From Parcubacteria group bacterium Greene1014_15 (GTDB lineage Bacteria > Patescibacteriota > Minisyncoccia > Phycocordibacterales > VMGT01), in assembly GCA_007376725.1 (NCBI GenBank), contig VMGT01000004.1, forward strand, positions 1 to 51,976: DNA of 51,976 nucleotides, given 5' to 3'. Positions 28,688-39,010 of this stretch are shown piece after piece. Each line of letters begins with the position of its first letter. The stretch's first letter is position 1. The position numbers and the translations under genes were made by a program. The notes under the pieces were generated by a model. The model was not told the origin of the DNA, ran no database searches, and saw nothing but the letters and a program-made list of their open reading frames with translations.

Positions 28688-30403
28688 TTATCTGGAAACT
28701 TTTTCAAAAAGTTTTCTTGAAATTTTGTCGCACGCCGCAAGCGCTTTTTCTATTCTCTCCGTATCTTCGCTTTCTTCCGCCATACGCAATTCATTCTGCG
28801 CGGCAGAATACCTTTCCTTAAGAACACGCCGGGAAAGGCGAGTAAGCATATCCTCTACTCTAAGGGCAACATCCGCAACTTCCCCCCATTCTTCTTCAGC
28901 TTCAAAAATCCTATTGTCGACATCGGCCGCCGCAGCTTCTAATTCCCGCTCCATACTTTCTCTACCATATATGTCTTTGAGTCTCTTTTCAACTCCCAAA
29001 AGATTAATCAACGGTTTCTTAAGTGACCGTTGCCACAGGAGAACATTCCATATCATACGATCGACCGAAGCGCCTGTTGTCTTTTCACCTCCACCATTTT
29101 CGTTTGCTCGCACACCCTCCGAAGAAGCATCCATCTTCACGCGCTTGAGTTCTTCACGAACCGACTCCTCGTCAATACCCAATCGTAGAGCGATCTTTGA
29201 AATAAAATGTGCTTGGTCTATCTTATTCGGAATACGCTTAACGAACGGAAGAACTGTTGCTGCCGTAGTGCGACGAAATGTTCGCACGTCTGTTTTTTTA
29301 GACTCAAGTTCGCGCAGATAGAAATCGACAACATGCTGTGCATTCTTTATCGCCTCCTTCCATGCATTAGGATCTTTCGCGATAAGGTCTGCGGGGTCGC
29401 TGTCTGCGGGAAGCGTGGCAACTTTCACGTCCATACCCATGCCAAGAGCAATATGCGCGCTGCGCTCCGTCGCTTTGAGTCCTGCAGCATCTCCGTCAAA
29501 CGCAAGTACAACATTGCTCGAAAGACGCTTGAGCAGCATGAGTTGCTGTGCCGTGAGCGCCGTCCCTGATGGGGCGACCGTATTGCCATACCCAGCTTGA
29601 TGACTCATGAGAAGATCCATCTGACCCTCAACAATGATCGAAAAATTCCATTTCCGGATCGGCAGTTTTCCTTTGTCGTATCCATAGAGAACGTGAGACT
29701 TTGAAAAGAGCGTGGTTTCGGGACTATTCACATATTTTGCTTCCGTGCTCTTTGTCCCGCTTTTGTCTGTCTCAAATATTCTGCCCGAAAAGGCAATGAT
29801 GCGACCAGAACTATCCGAGAGAGGAAACATGATACGGCTGCGAAACCGGTCATACATGCCTTTAGGTCCGGCAATACAAAGACCGCTTTCGAGCAATTCT
29901 TTTTCACGATATCCTTTTTCTTTAAGAAACAATTCAACGCTATGCCAATCATCCCGTGCGAAACCAACTCGAAACTTTTTGAGCGACTCAAGACTTGCAC
30001 CTCTATTGGTAAGATATGTTAGGACATCCGATGTCCGTATAAGCATATCCTCGAAATAGTTCGTTGCTATGTCGAGAATCTCAAAAGCTCGTTCCCGCTC
30101 GCTGCGCACTTCTTGCCGCTCGTGTACAATTTCCACCCCCGCGCGATCCGCAAGAACCTTGAGCGCTCCTTTGAAATCCACCCCTTCGAACGCTTCAACA
30201 AAACTGAAAATATCACCCTTTGCGTTGCAACCAAAACAATAGTACGAATTGCGCGCAAGCGACACCACAAACGATGGCGTCTTTTCATGATGAAACGGAC
30301 AGCGAGCCTTTAGGTTCACTCCCGCCTTTTCAAGCTTGATATATGAACCAACCACTTCCGCAATAGAGAGCCGCTCTTTGATAGTTTCAACAGTAGCCGA
30401 CAT
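28688..30403 (-). CDS. dnaG: DNA primase
   Basis: CPFHHEKTPSF...CFGC, KYVNSPET, EGQMD, FDGDAAG. Confidence 0.98.
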   Translation of the reverse strand: MSATVETIKERLSIAEVVGSYIKLEKAGVNLKARCPFHHEKTPSFVVSLARNSYYCFGCNAKGDIFSFVEAFEGVDFKGALKVLADRAGVEIVHERQEVRSERERAFEILDIATNYFEDMLIRTSDVLTYLTNRGASLESLKKFRVGFARDDWHSVELFLKEKGYREKELLESGLCIAGPKGMYDRFRSRIMFPLSDSSGRIIAFSGRIFETDKSGTKSTEAKYVNSPETTLFSKSHVLYGYDKGKLPIRKWNFSIIVEGQMDLLMSHQAGYGNTVAPSGTALTAQQLMLLKRLSSNVVLAFDGDAAGLKATERSAHIALGMGMDVKVATLPADSDPADLIAKDPNAWKEAIKNAQHVVDFYLRELESKKTDVRTFRRTTAATVLPFVKRIPNKIDQAHFISKIALRLGIDEESVREELKRVKMDASSEGVRANENGGGEKTTGASVDRMIWNVLLWQRSLKKPLINLLGVEKRLKDIYGRESMERELEAAAADVDNRIFEAEEEWGEVADVALRVEDMLTRLSRRVLKERYSAAQNELRMAEESEDTERIEKALAACDKISRKLFEKVSR

Positions 30404-30477
30404 ATTTGACTAATTTTGTTATGTGTGTTATCTTCAGAGAAGCGTCGTAAACAGTACTTGTTTATAGGAGAAAAGGT

Positions 30478-30729
30478 ATGATCGCCGATGTTCGCGTTGC
30501 GGAAAGAGTAATTGGAAAATGGTGGATGACACAACAAGAAGAAATAAGTTTTCTCAAATTATTCATCGCAGCAATGGACAATGAAGACGCTCAAGCTATT
30601 CGTGACTATACAAAATGGTTGGAGCTTTCGCAAGAAACGGCAATCAAAATTGCTCAGGCGTCGCTGCAGATACACTCCGCTTACGAAGAATTATCACGCA
30701 TAAACTTCGTCACTCACGATTCTCACTAA
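30478..30729 (+). CDS. Small hypothetical protein
   Basis: AGGAG SD; 83-aa helical-looking ORF in the dnaG-rpoC gap. Confidence 0.6.
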   Translation: MIADVRVAERVIGKWWMTQQEEISFLKLFIAAMDNEDAQAIRDYTKWLELSQETAIKIAQASLQIHSAYEELSRINFVTHDSH

Positions 30730-30806
30730 AAACGCACATTGATCCCCACTACTGCCACAGAGCAATCCGCCAAAACACAGGTGAATTGCTCTGTTTCTTT
30801 TTCAAA

Positions 30807-33800
30807 TTACGCACCATATTCTCGTTCTCTCTCGGAATTCTCCGCAATACCTCTCGCAATCATCGCCTCTTTGTTGCTTCCTTCAAAACCGCTGCCTGCG
30901 GGAATGAGACGCCCGATAATAACGTTTTCCTTGAGGCCCCGCAGAACATCAACGCTCCCGCGAACAGCCGCTTTGATAAGAACCTTTGTCGTGTGTTGGA
31001 AAGAAGCCGACGAAAGAAAGCTCTGACGCGAAAGAGAAACATCGGAAATACCCATCACGAGCGATTCGCCTTTCATAAGCATCTTGCCCGCATCTTTCAG
31101 CTTTTCGTTTTCGCGAGCAAATTGCGCAGCCTCGATAATATCACCTTTTACAAAGTGCGTATCACCTGGATTCGTCAATTTTATGCGCGCGAACATCTGG
31201 CGCACAATAACTTCTATGTGCTTGCGAGCAATCGAAGCGCCCTGCATTTCATAAATTCTGCTCGTCTCTGAAATGATATACTGCTGCGCAAGCTCCTTAC
31301 CGCCAAATTTGTAGAGCTCACTAATATCTGCGGAACCGTCCGTCATAAGATCGCCTTTCTTAATCTTGTCACCAGCTTTCACGAGAATCGAACGGCGATA
31401 GTTGATCGAATAATCGAGCTTCATCTTTTTCTCCGATTTTCCATCCGGCAAAATAATAATCTCTTTGTCCTTGCCTGTTTCTTTGATCTCGGATACAACA
31501 CCATCCACCTGACAAACAACAGCAGGATTACGCGGAACGCGCCGTTCAAACACTTCTTCCACACGCGGAAGACCGAGAGTAATATCACCACCGATTGATG
31601 CCGTACCGCCGCTGTGGAACGTACGCATCGTGAGCTGTGTTGCCGGCTCCCCAATCGCTTGCGCCGCAACGGTGCCAACCGCCTCGCCAAGTTCAACAAT
31701 CTTATTGCGTCCGAGATCAACACCATAGCACTTCTGACAAACACCATAGAGTGTGTTGCACGTGAGTGGGGAATATACTTTAACTTCTCCGATTTCAAGT
31801 TCCGCAATCTGTTCCGCTTCGTCGTTACTCAAGAGATGCATTTTGGGAAAAAGCACGTCCCCCGTTGTCGGATCAAGTAGATCTTCGGCAAGATATCTGC
31901 CGCGCGCGTGCTTTGCAATCGCGACATCCATGCCGCTTGCATCCTTGCGAAAAATAGTAAACCCTTCTTTTGTGCCGCAGTCTTCCTCCATCGCAATAGC
32001 ATCCTGCGCCACATCAAAAAGACGGCGGGTGAGATACCCTGCTTTTGCTGTGTTGAGCGCCGTGTCAGTGAGACCTTTGCGTGACCCATGAGTACTAATG
32101 AAATACTCGACAGGCGTCAGCCCTTCTTTCATAGACGACACAATCGGAAATGCGATCGTTTCTCCGGATGTTGAAGCAATGAGACCCTTCATGCCGGCCA
32201 TCTGCACGATTTGGTTGAGCGAACCGCGAGCTCCTGACTGCCACATATCATAGACGCTTCCCATCGGATCGAGAGAATCAGGAATCAGTTTTTCAATATC
32301 ATTCTTCGCGGCATGCCAAATCTCAATATTTTTACGCTTCATTTCTTCGAGCGAGAGCAGACCATCATTGTATTGTTCAAGAAGTTCATCCGCTGCCTTT
32401 TGCGCCTGCTCCACAACTCCCACTTTTCCTTTGGGGATAACAACTTCATCAATCCCCCACGTGATGCCCGAAATAGTCGAGTAGGTGAAACCAAAGTGCT
32501 TAATCTTGTCGAGAATCGGCGGCATGTTTTCAATGCCATAGCGTTCGATCATTTCGTTCACCATCCCCGCCATCTCCTTACGAGTCACATTCTTGTTAAC
32601 ATATGGATAGTCTGACGGAAGCATGCTGTTGAAAAGAAGGCGACCAACAGAGGTTTCAAAAACTTTGCCTTCAAGTGCGGCATACTTGAGACTGTCTGTC
32701 GCAAGAACTTTAATCTTTGCGCGGAACGTGACCTCGCCGAAATCGCGTGCTGTAATCGCCGCATTCGGGTCGGCAAACATTTTTCCTTCGCCTTTTTCGC
32801 CCGGTATAAATTTTGTTACCCAATATGAACCAAGTACCATATCGAGTCTGTCAATGGAAATAATCGGATCGCCCGTTGCGGGCTTGAGCAGGTTTTTATT
32901 TGCTGCCATGATCTCACGCGCTTCGATTTGAGCTTCAGCTGAAAGTGGAACATGCACCGCCATCTGGTCGCCGTCGAAATCCGCATTAAACGCTGAACAA
33001 ACGAGTGGATGAATCTGAATGGCATTGCCTTCGATAAGAATAGGTTGAAATGCCTGAATGCCAAGGCGATGCAGCGTCGGCGCTCGGTTGAGCAGTACAT
33101 ATTTGTCTTTAATGACTTCTTCAAGCATCGCCCACACTTCTGGAATACCTTCGTCAATAAGCCGCCCGGCACCACGAATGTTATAGGCAAGTTCATTTTC
33201 AAGCAGTTTCGCGATGACGAATGGACGAAAAAGTTCAAGCGCCATGTGCTTCGGCAAACCGCACTGATTGAGGTGCAAATTCGGACCAACAACGATCACG
33301 GAACGGCCCGAATAGTCCACACGCTTGCCAAGAAGGTTTTGACGAAAAAGCCCCTGTTTGCCTTTGAGGCTGTCAGAAAGAGACTTAAGCGGTCGGCGCT
33401 GTGCCTGGCTCATTGCGGAGATTGGCCCCGCGCCGTGGCGAATAGAGTTGTCGACGAGAGCATCCACCGCTTCCTGCAGAATTCTTTTTTCGTTACGCAA
33501 AATGACATCGGGTGCATTAATCTCTTTGAGTTTTTTCAAACGATTGTTACGGTTGATGACGCGACGATAGAGATCGTTTAAGTCCGATGTCGCGTGACGT
33601 CCGCCATCAAGAGCAACCATCGGACGAAGCGCCGGAGGCGTGACCGGAATGCGCACTAGAAACATCCATTCCGGACGAACCTTTCCGTGGATCATGGAGC
33701 GAACAAGCGAGAGCCGCTTGCTTATCTTGGGACGTTCAACTGCGCCGGCAGTTTCATACTGCTCGTCGAGGGATTTTGCAAGAGCATCCATGTTCACCTT

Positions 33801-34487
33801 CTTGAACAGCTCATAAATAGCTTCGGCGCCGATACCTGCTTCGAACATTTGTCCATAGCGCATTGAGTAGCGATGATAGGTCACTTCATCGAGAACAACA
33901 CCTTCGACAACACCCTCAATTTCGCGCTTTGCTTTGACAAGCAATTCTTTGATCATTTCTTTTGTTTTGTCATCTTGGAGTGACTTCACTTTTGAACGAT
34001 ATTCGGCATCAAGCTCCTTCAGTAATTTTTCTTTTCCGTCTTGGTGCACTTTCATCACGATGTAGCCGGCAAAATAGATAACCCGTTCGAGATCTGAAAT
34101 CGTGAGTCCAAGAATGAGACCGATGCGCGACGGCACACCTTTCAAAAACCAGACATGCGACACCGGCGCCGCAAGTTCGATATGCGCCATGCGTTCGCGG
34201 CGCACGATCGATCGTGTCAGCTCAACACCGCATTTTTCACACACAATTCCTTTGTAGCGAATGCCGCGATACTTGCCGCAATAACACTCATAATCTTTTT
34301 CAGGTCCAAAAATTTTCTCGTCGAAAAGACCGCCGCGTTCGCTGCGTTGCGTTCTGTAGTTGATCGTTTCAGGCTTCGTCACTTCGCCGAACGACCACTC
34401 CTTGATTTTCTCGGGAGATGCAAGGGAAAGAACGACCGCGTTGAAATCAGAAGGATATGTCGATGCCTGTTGTTGCTGTTGTTTCAT
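30807..34487 (-). CDS. rpoC: RNA polymerase beta'
   Basis: NADFDGD, GKRVDYSGRSVI, Zn-finger CYCGKY. Confidence 0.99.
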   Translation of the reverse strand: MKQQQQQASTYPSDFNAVVLSLASPEKIKEWSFGEVTKPETINYRTQRSERGGLFDEKIFGPEKDYECYCGKYRGIRYKGIVCEKCGVELTRSIVRRERMAHIELAAPVSHVWFLKGVPSRIGLILGLTISDLERVIYFAGYIVMKVHQDGKEKLLKELDAEYRSKVKSLQDDKTKEMIKELLVKAKREIEGVVEGVVLDEVTYHRYSMRYGQMFEAGIGAEAIYELFKKVNMDALAKSLDEQYETAGAVERPKISKRLSLVRSMIHGKVRPEWMFLVRIPVTPPALRPMVALDGGRHATSDLNDLYRRVINRNNRLKKLKEINAPDVILRNEKRILQEAVDALVDNSIRHGAGPISAMSQAQRRPLKSLSDSLKGKQGLFRQNLLGKRVDYSGRSVIVVGPNLHLNQCGLPKHMALELFRPFVIAKLLENELAYNIRGAGRLIDEGIPEVWAMLEEVIKDKYVLLNRAPTLHRLGIQAFQPILIEGNAIQIHPLVCSAFNADFDGDQMAVHVPLSAEAQIEAREIMAANKNLLKPATGDPIISIDRLDMVLGSYWVTKFIPGEKGEGKMFADPNAAITARDFGEVTFRAKIKVLATDSLKYAALEGKVFETSVGRLLFNSMLPSDYPYVNKNVTRKEMAGMVNEMIERYGIENMPPILDKIKHFGFTYSTISGITWGIDEVVIPKGKVGVVEQAQKAADELLEQYNDGLLSLEEMKRKNIEIWHAAKNDIEKLIPDSLDPMGSVYDMWQSGARGSLNQIVQMAGMKGLIASTSGETIAFPIVSSMKEGLTPVEYFISTHGSRKGLTDTALNTAKAGYLTRRLFDVAQDAIAMEEDCGTKEGFTIFRKDASGMDVAIAKHARGRYLAEDLLDPTTGDVLFPKMHLLSNDEAEQIAELEIGEVKVYSPLTCNTLYGVCQKCYGVDLGRNKIVELGEAVGTVAAQAIGEPATQLTMRTFHSGGTASIGGDITLGLPRVEEVFERRVPRNPAVVCQVDGVVSEIKETGKDKEIIILPDGKSEKKMKLDYSINYRRSILVKAGDKIKKGDLMTDGSADISELYKFGGKELAQQYIISETSRIYEMQGASIARKHIEVIVRQMFARIKLTNPGDTHFVKGDIIEAAQFARENEKLKDAGKMLMKGESLVMGISDVSLSRQSFLSSASFQHTTKVLIKAAVRGSVDVLRGLKENVIIGRLIPAGSGFEGSNKEAMIARGIAENSEREREYGA

Positions 34488-34495
34488 AGTATTTC

Positions 34496-34614
34496 GCTTG
34501 ATGAAAATTGCGATCTGCTTCGTTGCAGGCTGCGAGTCTCATTCGTCGTAGCAAGCTCGTACGCCTCATTTCGATTCTCGCCTGCGCCTCGCATATCATC
34601 AATTTTGATCAAGC
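34496..34614 (-). repeat. Long palindromic element E between rpoB and rpoC
   Basis: GCTTGATGAAAATTG/CAATTTTGATCAAGC IR (1 mismatch) and nested stems. Confidence 0.8.
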
Positions 34615-34635
34615 TCCATGGTTAACGTAACGCGA

Positions 34636-37600
34636 TTAATCTTCCCCCTTGGGAATTTCCTTTGCTAAATCGACGTCGAGCGCAAGACCGCGAAGGTTGT
34701 TAAGCAGCACGTTAAATGACGCCGGAATATTCGGCTGGCCAAGCGGTTCACCCTTCACGATCGCATCGAACGTTGCCGATCGCCCCAAAATGTCATCCGA
34801 TTTGACCGTAAGCATTTCTCGAAGCGTATACGCCGCTCCATACCCAAGAAGCGCCCAGACTTCCATTTCTCCAAAACGCTGGCCACCACCTTGCGCCTTG
34901 CCGCCGAGCGGCTGCTGTGTGATAAGCGAATATGGCCCAATCGAGCGCATGTGGATCTTGTCTTCCACCATGTGGTGCAGCTTCATAATGTACATATAGC
35001 CAACAGAAATGTTCTGTTCAAAGGCTTCACCGTTACGGCCGTCGAAAAGCTTGATCTTGCCGCCGCGGTTGAAACCTGCGCGTTCCAGTTCATCCTTGAT
35101 CTCGTGTTCAGTCGCGCCCACAAACGGCGGAACGATTGCCTGATAGCCAAGCGCCTGTGCCGCAAGCCCCAGGTGCAATTCGAGAATCTGTCCGAGATTC
35201 ATACGTGACGGCACACCGAGCGGTGTGAGAATGATGTCTACCGGTGTTCCATCTTCCATGTACGGCATATCCTCTTCGGGAAGCACCTTTGAAATAACGC
35301 CCTTGTTTCCGTGACGGCCGGCAAGCTTGTCTCCCACGGATACCGCACGAAGCTGTGCCACTTCTATATGTACACGCTTGATAATGCCTGATTCAAGATT
35401 ATCGCCGCGCTCGCGCGTAAAAACTTTCACACTCACAATACGCCCGCGCTTGCCGTTCTCCATGCGCAAAGAGGTATCTTTCACGTCGCGCGCTTTTTCG
35501 CCGAAGATTGAGCGCAAAAGACGCTCTTCCGGTGTTAGTTGAGTTTCACCTTTTGGTGTAATTTTTCCCACCAAAATGTCTCCCGGGCGGACTTCTGCGC
35601 CAATGCGCACAATTCCCTCTTCGTCAAGATTCTTCAGTTTCGCTTCCCCGACATTCGGAATATCGTGCGTCGTCACTTCAGGCCCAAGTTTTGTATCGCG
35701 AACATTGACCGTAAACTCTTCGATGTGAATACTCGTAAACGCGCTGTTCTTTACCAGACGCTCCGAGAGAATGATCGCATCTTCATAGTTTGAGCCTGAC
35801 CACGACATAAACGCCACAAGAATATTTTGTCCAAGAGCAACCTGACCGTTTGCTGTTGAAGACATGTCTGCGAGTATATCGCCCTTGTTCACCTTCTGTC
35901 CCATTTCGACAGACGGTCGCTGATGAAATGCGGTAAAACCGTTCGTTCGCGAAAATGAAACGAGTTTGTATTCAGTCTCTTTTTTACCCTTCACCACAAT
36001 GCGTGTTGCATCAACAAAGGTAATGACACCACCCTCATCAGCAATCACCACACGACCGGTATCTTTCACAATCTGCTCTTCAATGCCCGTCGCAACAAGC
36101 GGAGCTTCGGGAACAATGCACGGCGTTGCCTGTTTCTGCATATTTGAACCCATGAGTGCGCGGTTCGCGTCATCATGATTAAGAAACGGAATCATTGATG
36201 TCGCAATCGAGTATGCCTGATTCGTCGCGATGTCTATAAAATCGACATTCTCGCGTGGAGCGATGCCAAGCGAACCTCCAACGCGGACCTCGCAGCGCTC
36301 ATGTTCGAGGACACCGTCCTTGTGCGGTTCTCCCGCGTGCGCAATGTTATATTTCTCCTCTTCAAGAGCGTTCAAATACTTGATTTCATTTGTTATTTTC
36401 CCTTTTTCAACTTTGGCGTACGGCGTTTCGATCATGCCAAAATCGTTGAGGCGCGCATAGTTTGTCATGTGCAGAATAAGACCAATGTTGGGACCTTCCG
36501 GCGTGTGGATTGGGCACAGACGCCCGTAGTGCGAAGGATGCACGTCACGAACTTCAAACGATGCCCGCTCACGAGTAAGACCTCCCGGGCCGAGGGCCGA
36601 GAGTGTGCGAAGATGTTCGAGCTCGGAGAGAATATTCTCCTGTTGCATGAACTGCGAAAGCTGGTTTGTCGCAAAAAATTCTTTGATGCGCGCCTGGAGC
36701 GGACGTGGATTGATAAACTGAACCGGAAGTGTCGTGTCGAGTTCAACGGTCGACATTCTATTTTGGATATTTCTCTTCATGTGCGACATGCCAACGCGTA
36801 ATTTTTGCTGGAGCATTTCGCCCACGGCGCGCACACGACGCGAACCCAAATGATCAATGTCGTCTTCGGAAGCGCCGGGTGTAGCATTAAACTTGGCGAT
36901 CTGCTTGATGATATCTATAATATCTGCGAGAGAGATTGTGCGTACTGCGAGATCCTTTTCCTCGAGACCACGATTGAAGCGCTTGTTAAAACGAAAACGT
37001 CCGACACGTGAAAAATCATAGCGCTCTTCGCTAAAAATACCATTGATAAACTCGCGTGCATTCTCAACGGTCGCAAGATCGCCATCGCGCAATTTCTTGT
37101 AGACTTCCACATACGCTTCATCAACCGTCTTCGCGGCATCCTTCTCAAGACACGCGCGCATCATTGCAAGCGCTCCTTCGGCATCACGAAAAGTATCGAG
37201 AATCGCTTTGTCAGTCACAGCGCCTAAAATGCGTAAAAGAAGCGATGCGGGAAATTTTCTTTTTCGATCGATGCGAACATAGAGAGCGCCATCCGGTTCG
37301 CTCTCAAATTCTATCCACGCGCCGCGCGCTGGAATAATTTTTGCTCCAAAGTAACGGCGGCCTCTGTTTTCCGATGAGGAAAAGAACACGCCAAAAGAAC
37401 GAGCGAGTTGCGGCACAATTGCGCGTTCCACGCCGTTAATAATGAATGTTCCGTGCGGCGTCATCATCGGGAAATCCGCCATAAAAATTTCCTGTTCTTT
37501 TGACGAATTGAGTGTCTTGTTTTTAAGCTTCACCTGTGCGCGAAGCGGTGCTTCAAGCGTAAGCATATTTGCCTTGGCATGATATTCATCGTATGCCGGA

Positions 37601-37857
37601 TCGGAGAGTTCAAACTTAGTAAACTCGAGATCAAATTTCTTCCCGGAATAATCCGAGATTGGAGAAAATTCCTTAAACAGTTCTTTGAGCCCGTGCTCAA
37701 GGAGCCATTTGAAAGATTCTGTTTGCGTTTCCACAAAGTTAGGAAGCTTCGCGAGGGGCGGCGTATATCGACTAAAATACTTTTTCTCATGGCGCGGCTC
37801 CACGCGATCCATAGCAATGGGAAACTTGCTGCCAGCTGATTGGGTTTCTACACTCAT
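34636..37857 (-). CDS. rpoB: RNA polymerase beta
   Basis: GDKLAGRHGNKG, GGQRFGEME, RALMGSNMQ. Confidence 0.99.
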   Translation of the reverse strand: MSVETQSAGSKFPIAMDRVEPRHEKKYFSRYTPPLAKLPNFVETQTESFKWLLEHGLKELFKEFSPISDYSGKKFDLEFTKFELSDPAYDEYHAKANMLTLEAPLRAQVKLKNKTLNSSKEQEIFMADFPMMTPHGTFIINGVERAIVPQLARSFGVFFSSSENRGRRYFGAKIIPARGAWIEFESEPDGALYVRIDRKRKFPASLLLRILGAVTDKAILDTFRDAEGALAMMRACLEKDAAKTVDEAYVEVYKKLRDGDLATVENAREFINGIFSEERYDFSRVGRFRFNKRFNRGLEEKDLAVRTISLADIIDIIKQIAKFNATPGASEDDIDHLGSRRVRAVGEMLQQKLRVGMSHMKRNIQNRMSTVELDTTLPVQFINPRPLQARIKEFFATNQLSQFMQQENILSELEHLRTLSALGPGGLTRERASFEVRDVHPSHYGRLCPIHTPEGPNIGLILHMTNYARLNDFGMIETPYAKVEKGKITNEIKYLNALEEEKYNIAHAGEPHKDGVLEHERCEVRVGGSLGIAPRENVDFIDIATNQAYSIATSMIPFLNHDDANRALMGSNMQKQATPCIVPEAPLVATGIEEQIVKDTGRVVIADEGGVITFVDATRIVVKGKKETEYKLVSFSRTNGFTAFHQRPSVEMGQKVNKGDILADMSSTANGQVALGQNILVAFMSWSGSNYEDAIILSERLVKNSAFTSIHIEEFTVNVRDTKLGPEVTTHDIPNVGEAKLKNLDEEGIVRIGAEVRPGDILVGKITPKGETQLTPEERLLRSIFGEKARDVKDTSLRMENGKRGRIVSVKVFTRERGDNLESGIIKRVHIEVAQLRAVSVGDKLAGRHGNKGVISKVLPEEDMPYMEDGTPVDIILTPLGVPSRMNLGQILELHLGLAAQALGYQAIVPPFVGATEHEIKDELERAGFNRGGKIKLFDGRNGEAFEQNISVGYMYIMKLHHMVEDKIHMRSIGPYSLITQQPLGGKAQGGGQRFGEMEVWALLGYGAAYTLREMLTVKSDDILGRSATFDAIVKGEPLGQPNIPASFNVLLNNLRGLALDVDLAKEIPKGED

Positions 37858-38149
37858 GCTCTAGATAATGATTAGTATGGGCGAACTTAATAATTCTTCT
37901 CCACAAGCACGATGTGCCGCATCGTGTTGCAAATGGCGCAGTATGGACAGATAGATAACAATTAATTTGTTAATTTAGAAAAATAGACGCAAACACAAAC
38001 ACGCAGACAAAAAGTCCCTTTCTGCAAAGGTCTTTGTCCGTCATTCGTATTCAAATGTTATATCTAGAATCGCTTTTCAAGAAGATAGACGAGGGCCTAG
38101 ATACTGCACTTTTCATTCTGCCACAACACAATCGGCTTCAGGTAAGCCT

Positions 38150-38177
38150 AGTATACACGTTTGCAAAAAGTTGTCAA
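38150..38177 (-). promoter_or_regulatory. Sigma70 promoter of rpoBC
   Basis: TTGACA(38177-38172)-16nt-TATACT(38155-38150). Confidence 0.7.
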
Positions 38178-38254
38178 CAAAAAGTGTGCATATCCAGTCG
38201 TCAACAGAAAAGAGGCCCTGTTGAGCCTCTTTGGATATCTGCAAAAAATGAAAA

Positions 38255-38806
38255 TTAGAACTTCAGACGAGCAAGAACAGCCTCATATGCTTTCCGTGCT
38301 GTCCGTTGACACTCAAGATCCGCCAACAGAGCATCTTCAGTCTCTTGCATAATTTGCTTGAATTTAGACAAAATCTTACGACCACGGCCGCATGCGGCAA
38401 CGGCAATCTTCATAGAATCATGCCCCATGCACGTTAGCTGCCAACGTGTAACAACAAATCTGCTGTTTTGTTCAAAACGATATGTTACGTCCAATCTCGC
38501 CCAGAAACCCTTACGCGTCAGCAGTAATAAACCTACAAACCCGTCTCCATGTGCACTCCAATTGCTTGAAAAAAGGTCAATCGTGCGTGCGTGAGTCGGA
38601 ATGGTGCCAAAACCCCTGTCACCTGTGATCGCGCCCGTTAAAACAACCTCTAACGCACCACGTGATAATTTCAGGTACGCCGTTATGAGCTCCGGTATCT
38701 CATGAAATCCGCGCCAAGAGTTCATGGCAGTGCGATTGCGAGAGAGAAACTCATTAATTTGCGCGCACCAGTCATTCGCCGTCCAGCCAGACGTATCTAC
38801 CGGCAA
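38255..38806 (-). CDS. Hypothetical protein (start uncertain)
   Basis: 183-aa ORF; the frame is open further upstream to a TGA near 38884. Confidence 0.65.
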   Translation of the reverse strand: MPVDTSGWTANDWCAQINEFLSRNRTAMNSWRGFHEIPELITAYLKLSRGALEVVLTGAITGDRGFGTIPTHARTIDLFSSNWSAHGDGFVGLLLLTRKGFWARLDVTYRFEQNSRFVVTRWQLTCMGHDSMKIAVAACGRGRKILSKFKQIMQETEDALLADLECQRTARKAYEAVLARLKF

Positions 38807-39010
38807 TTCCTTGTGGCCATTCCAAATGTAATCCTGAACAGACGCATTCCAAGCAAGATGAGCTTCAAAGCAATTTGGGGCTCATTTTGCGTTGGAATCA
38901 GTTTCTATTTGGGGTATCATCTTGCGTTGGACAAGACTGTAGCTTGACAAGAGCCGCAGTCCTGCTACACTGATACTGTCAAACCTCTCCCCGCTTCGGC
39001 GGGGGGATTC

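Noticed and set aside
34464-34487. Poly-Gln at the RpoC N-terminus as a phase-variable repeat
   Set aside because: Mixed CAA/CAG codons, in frame and short
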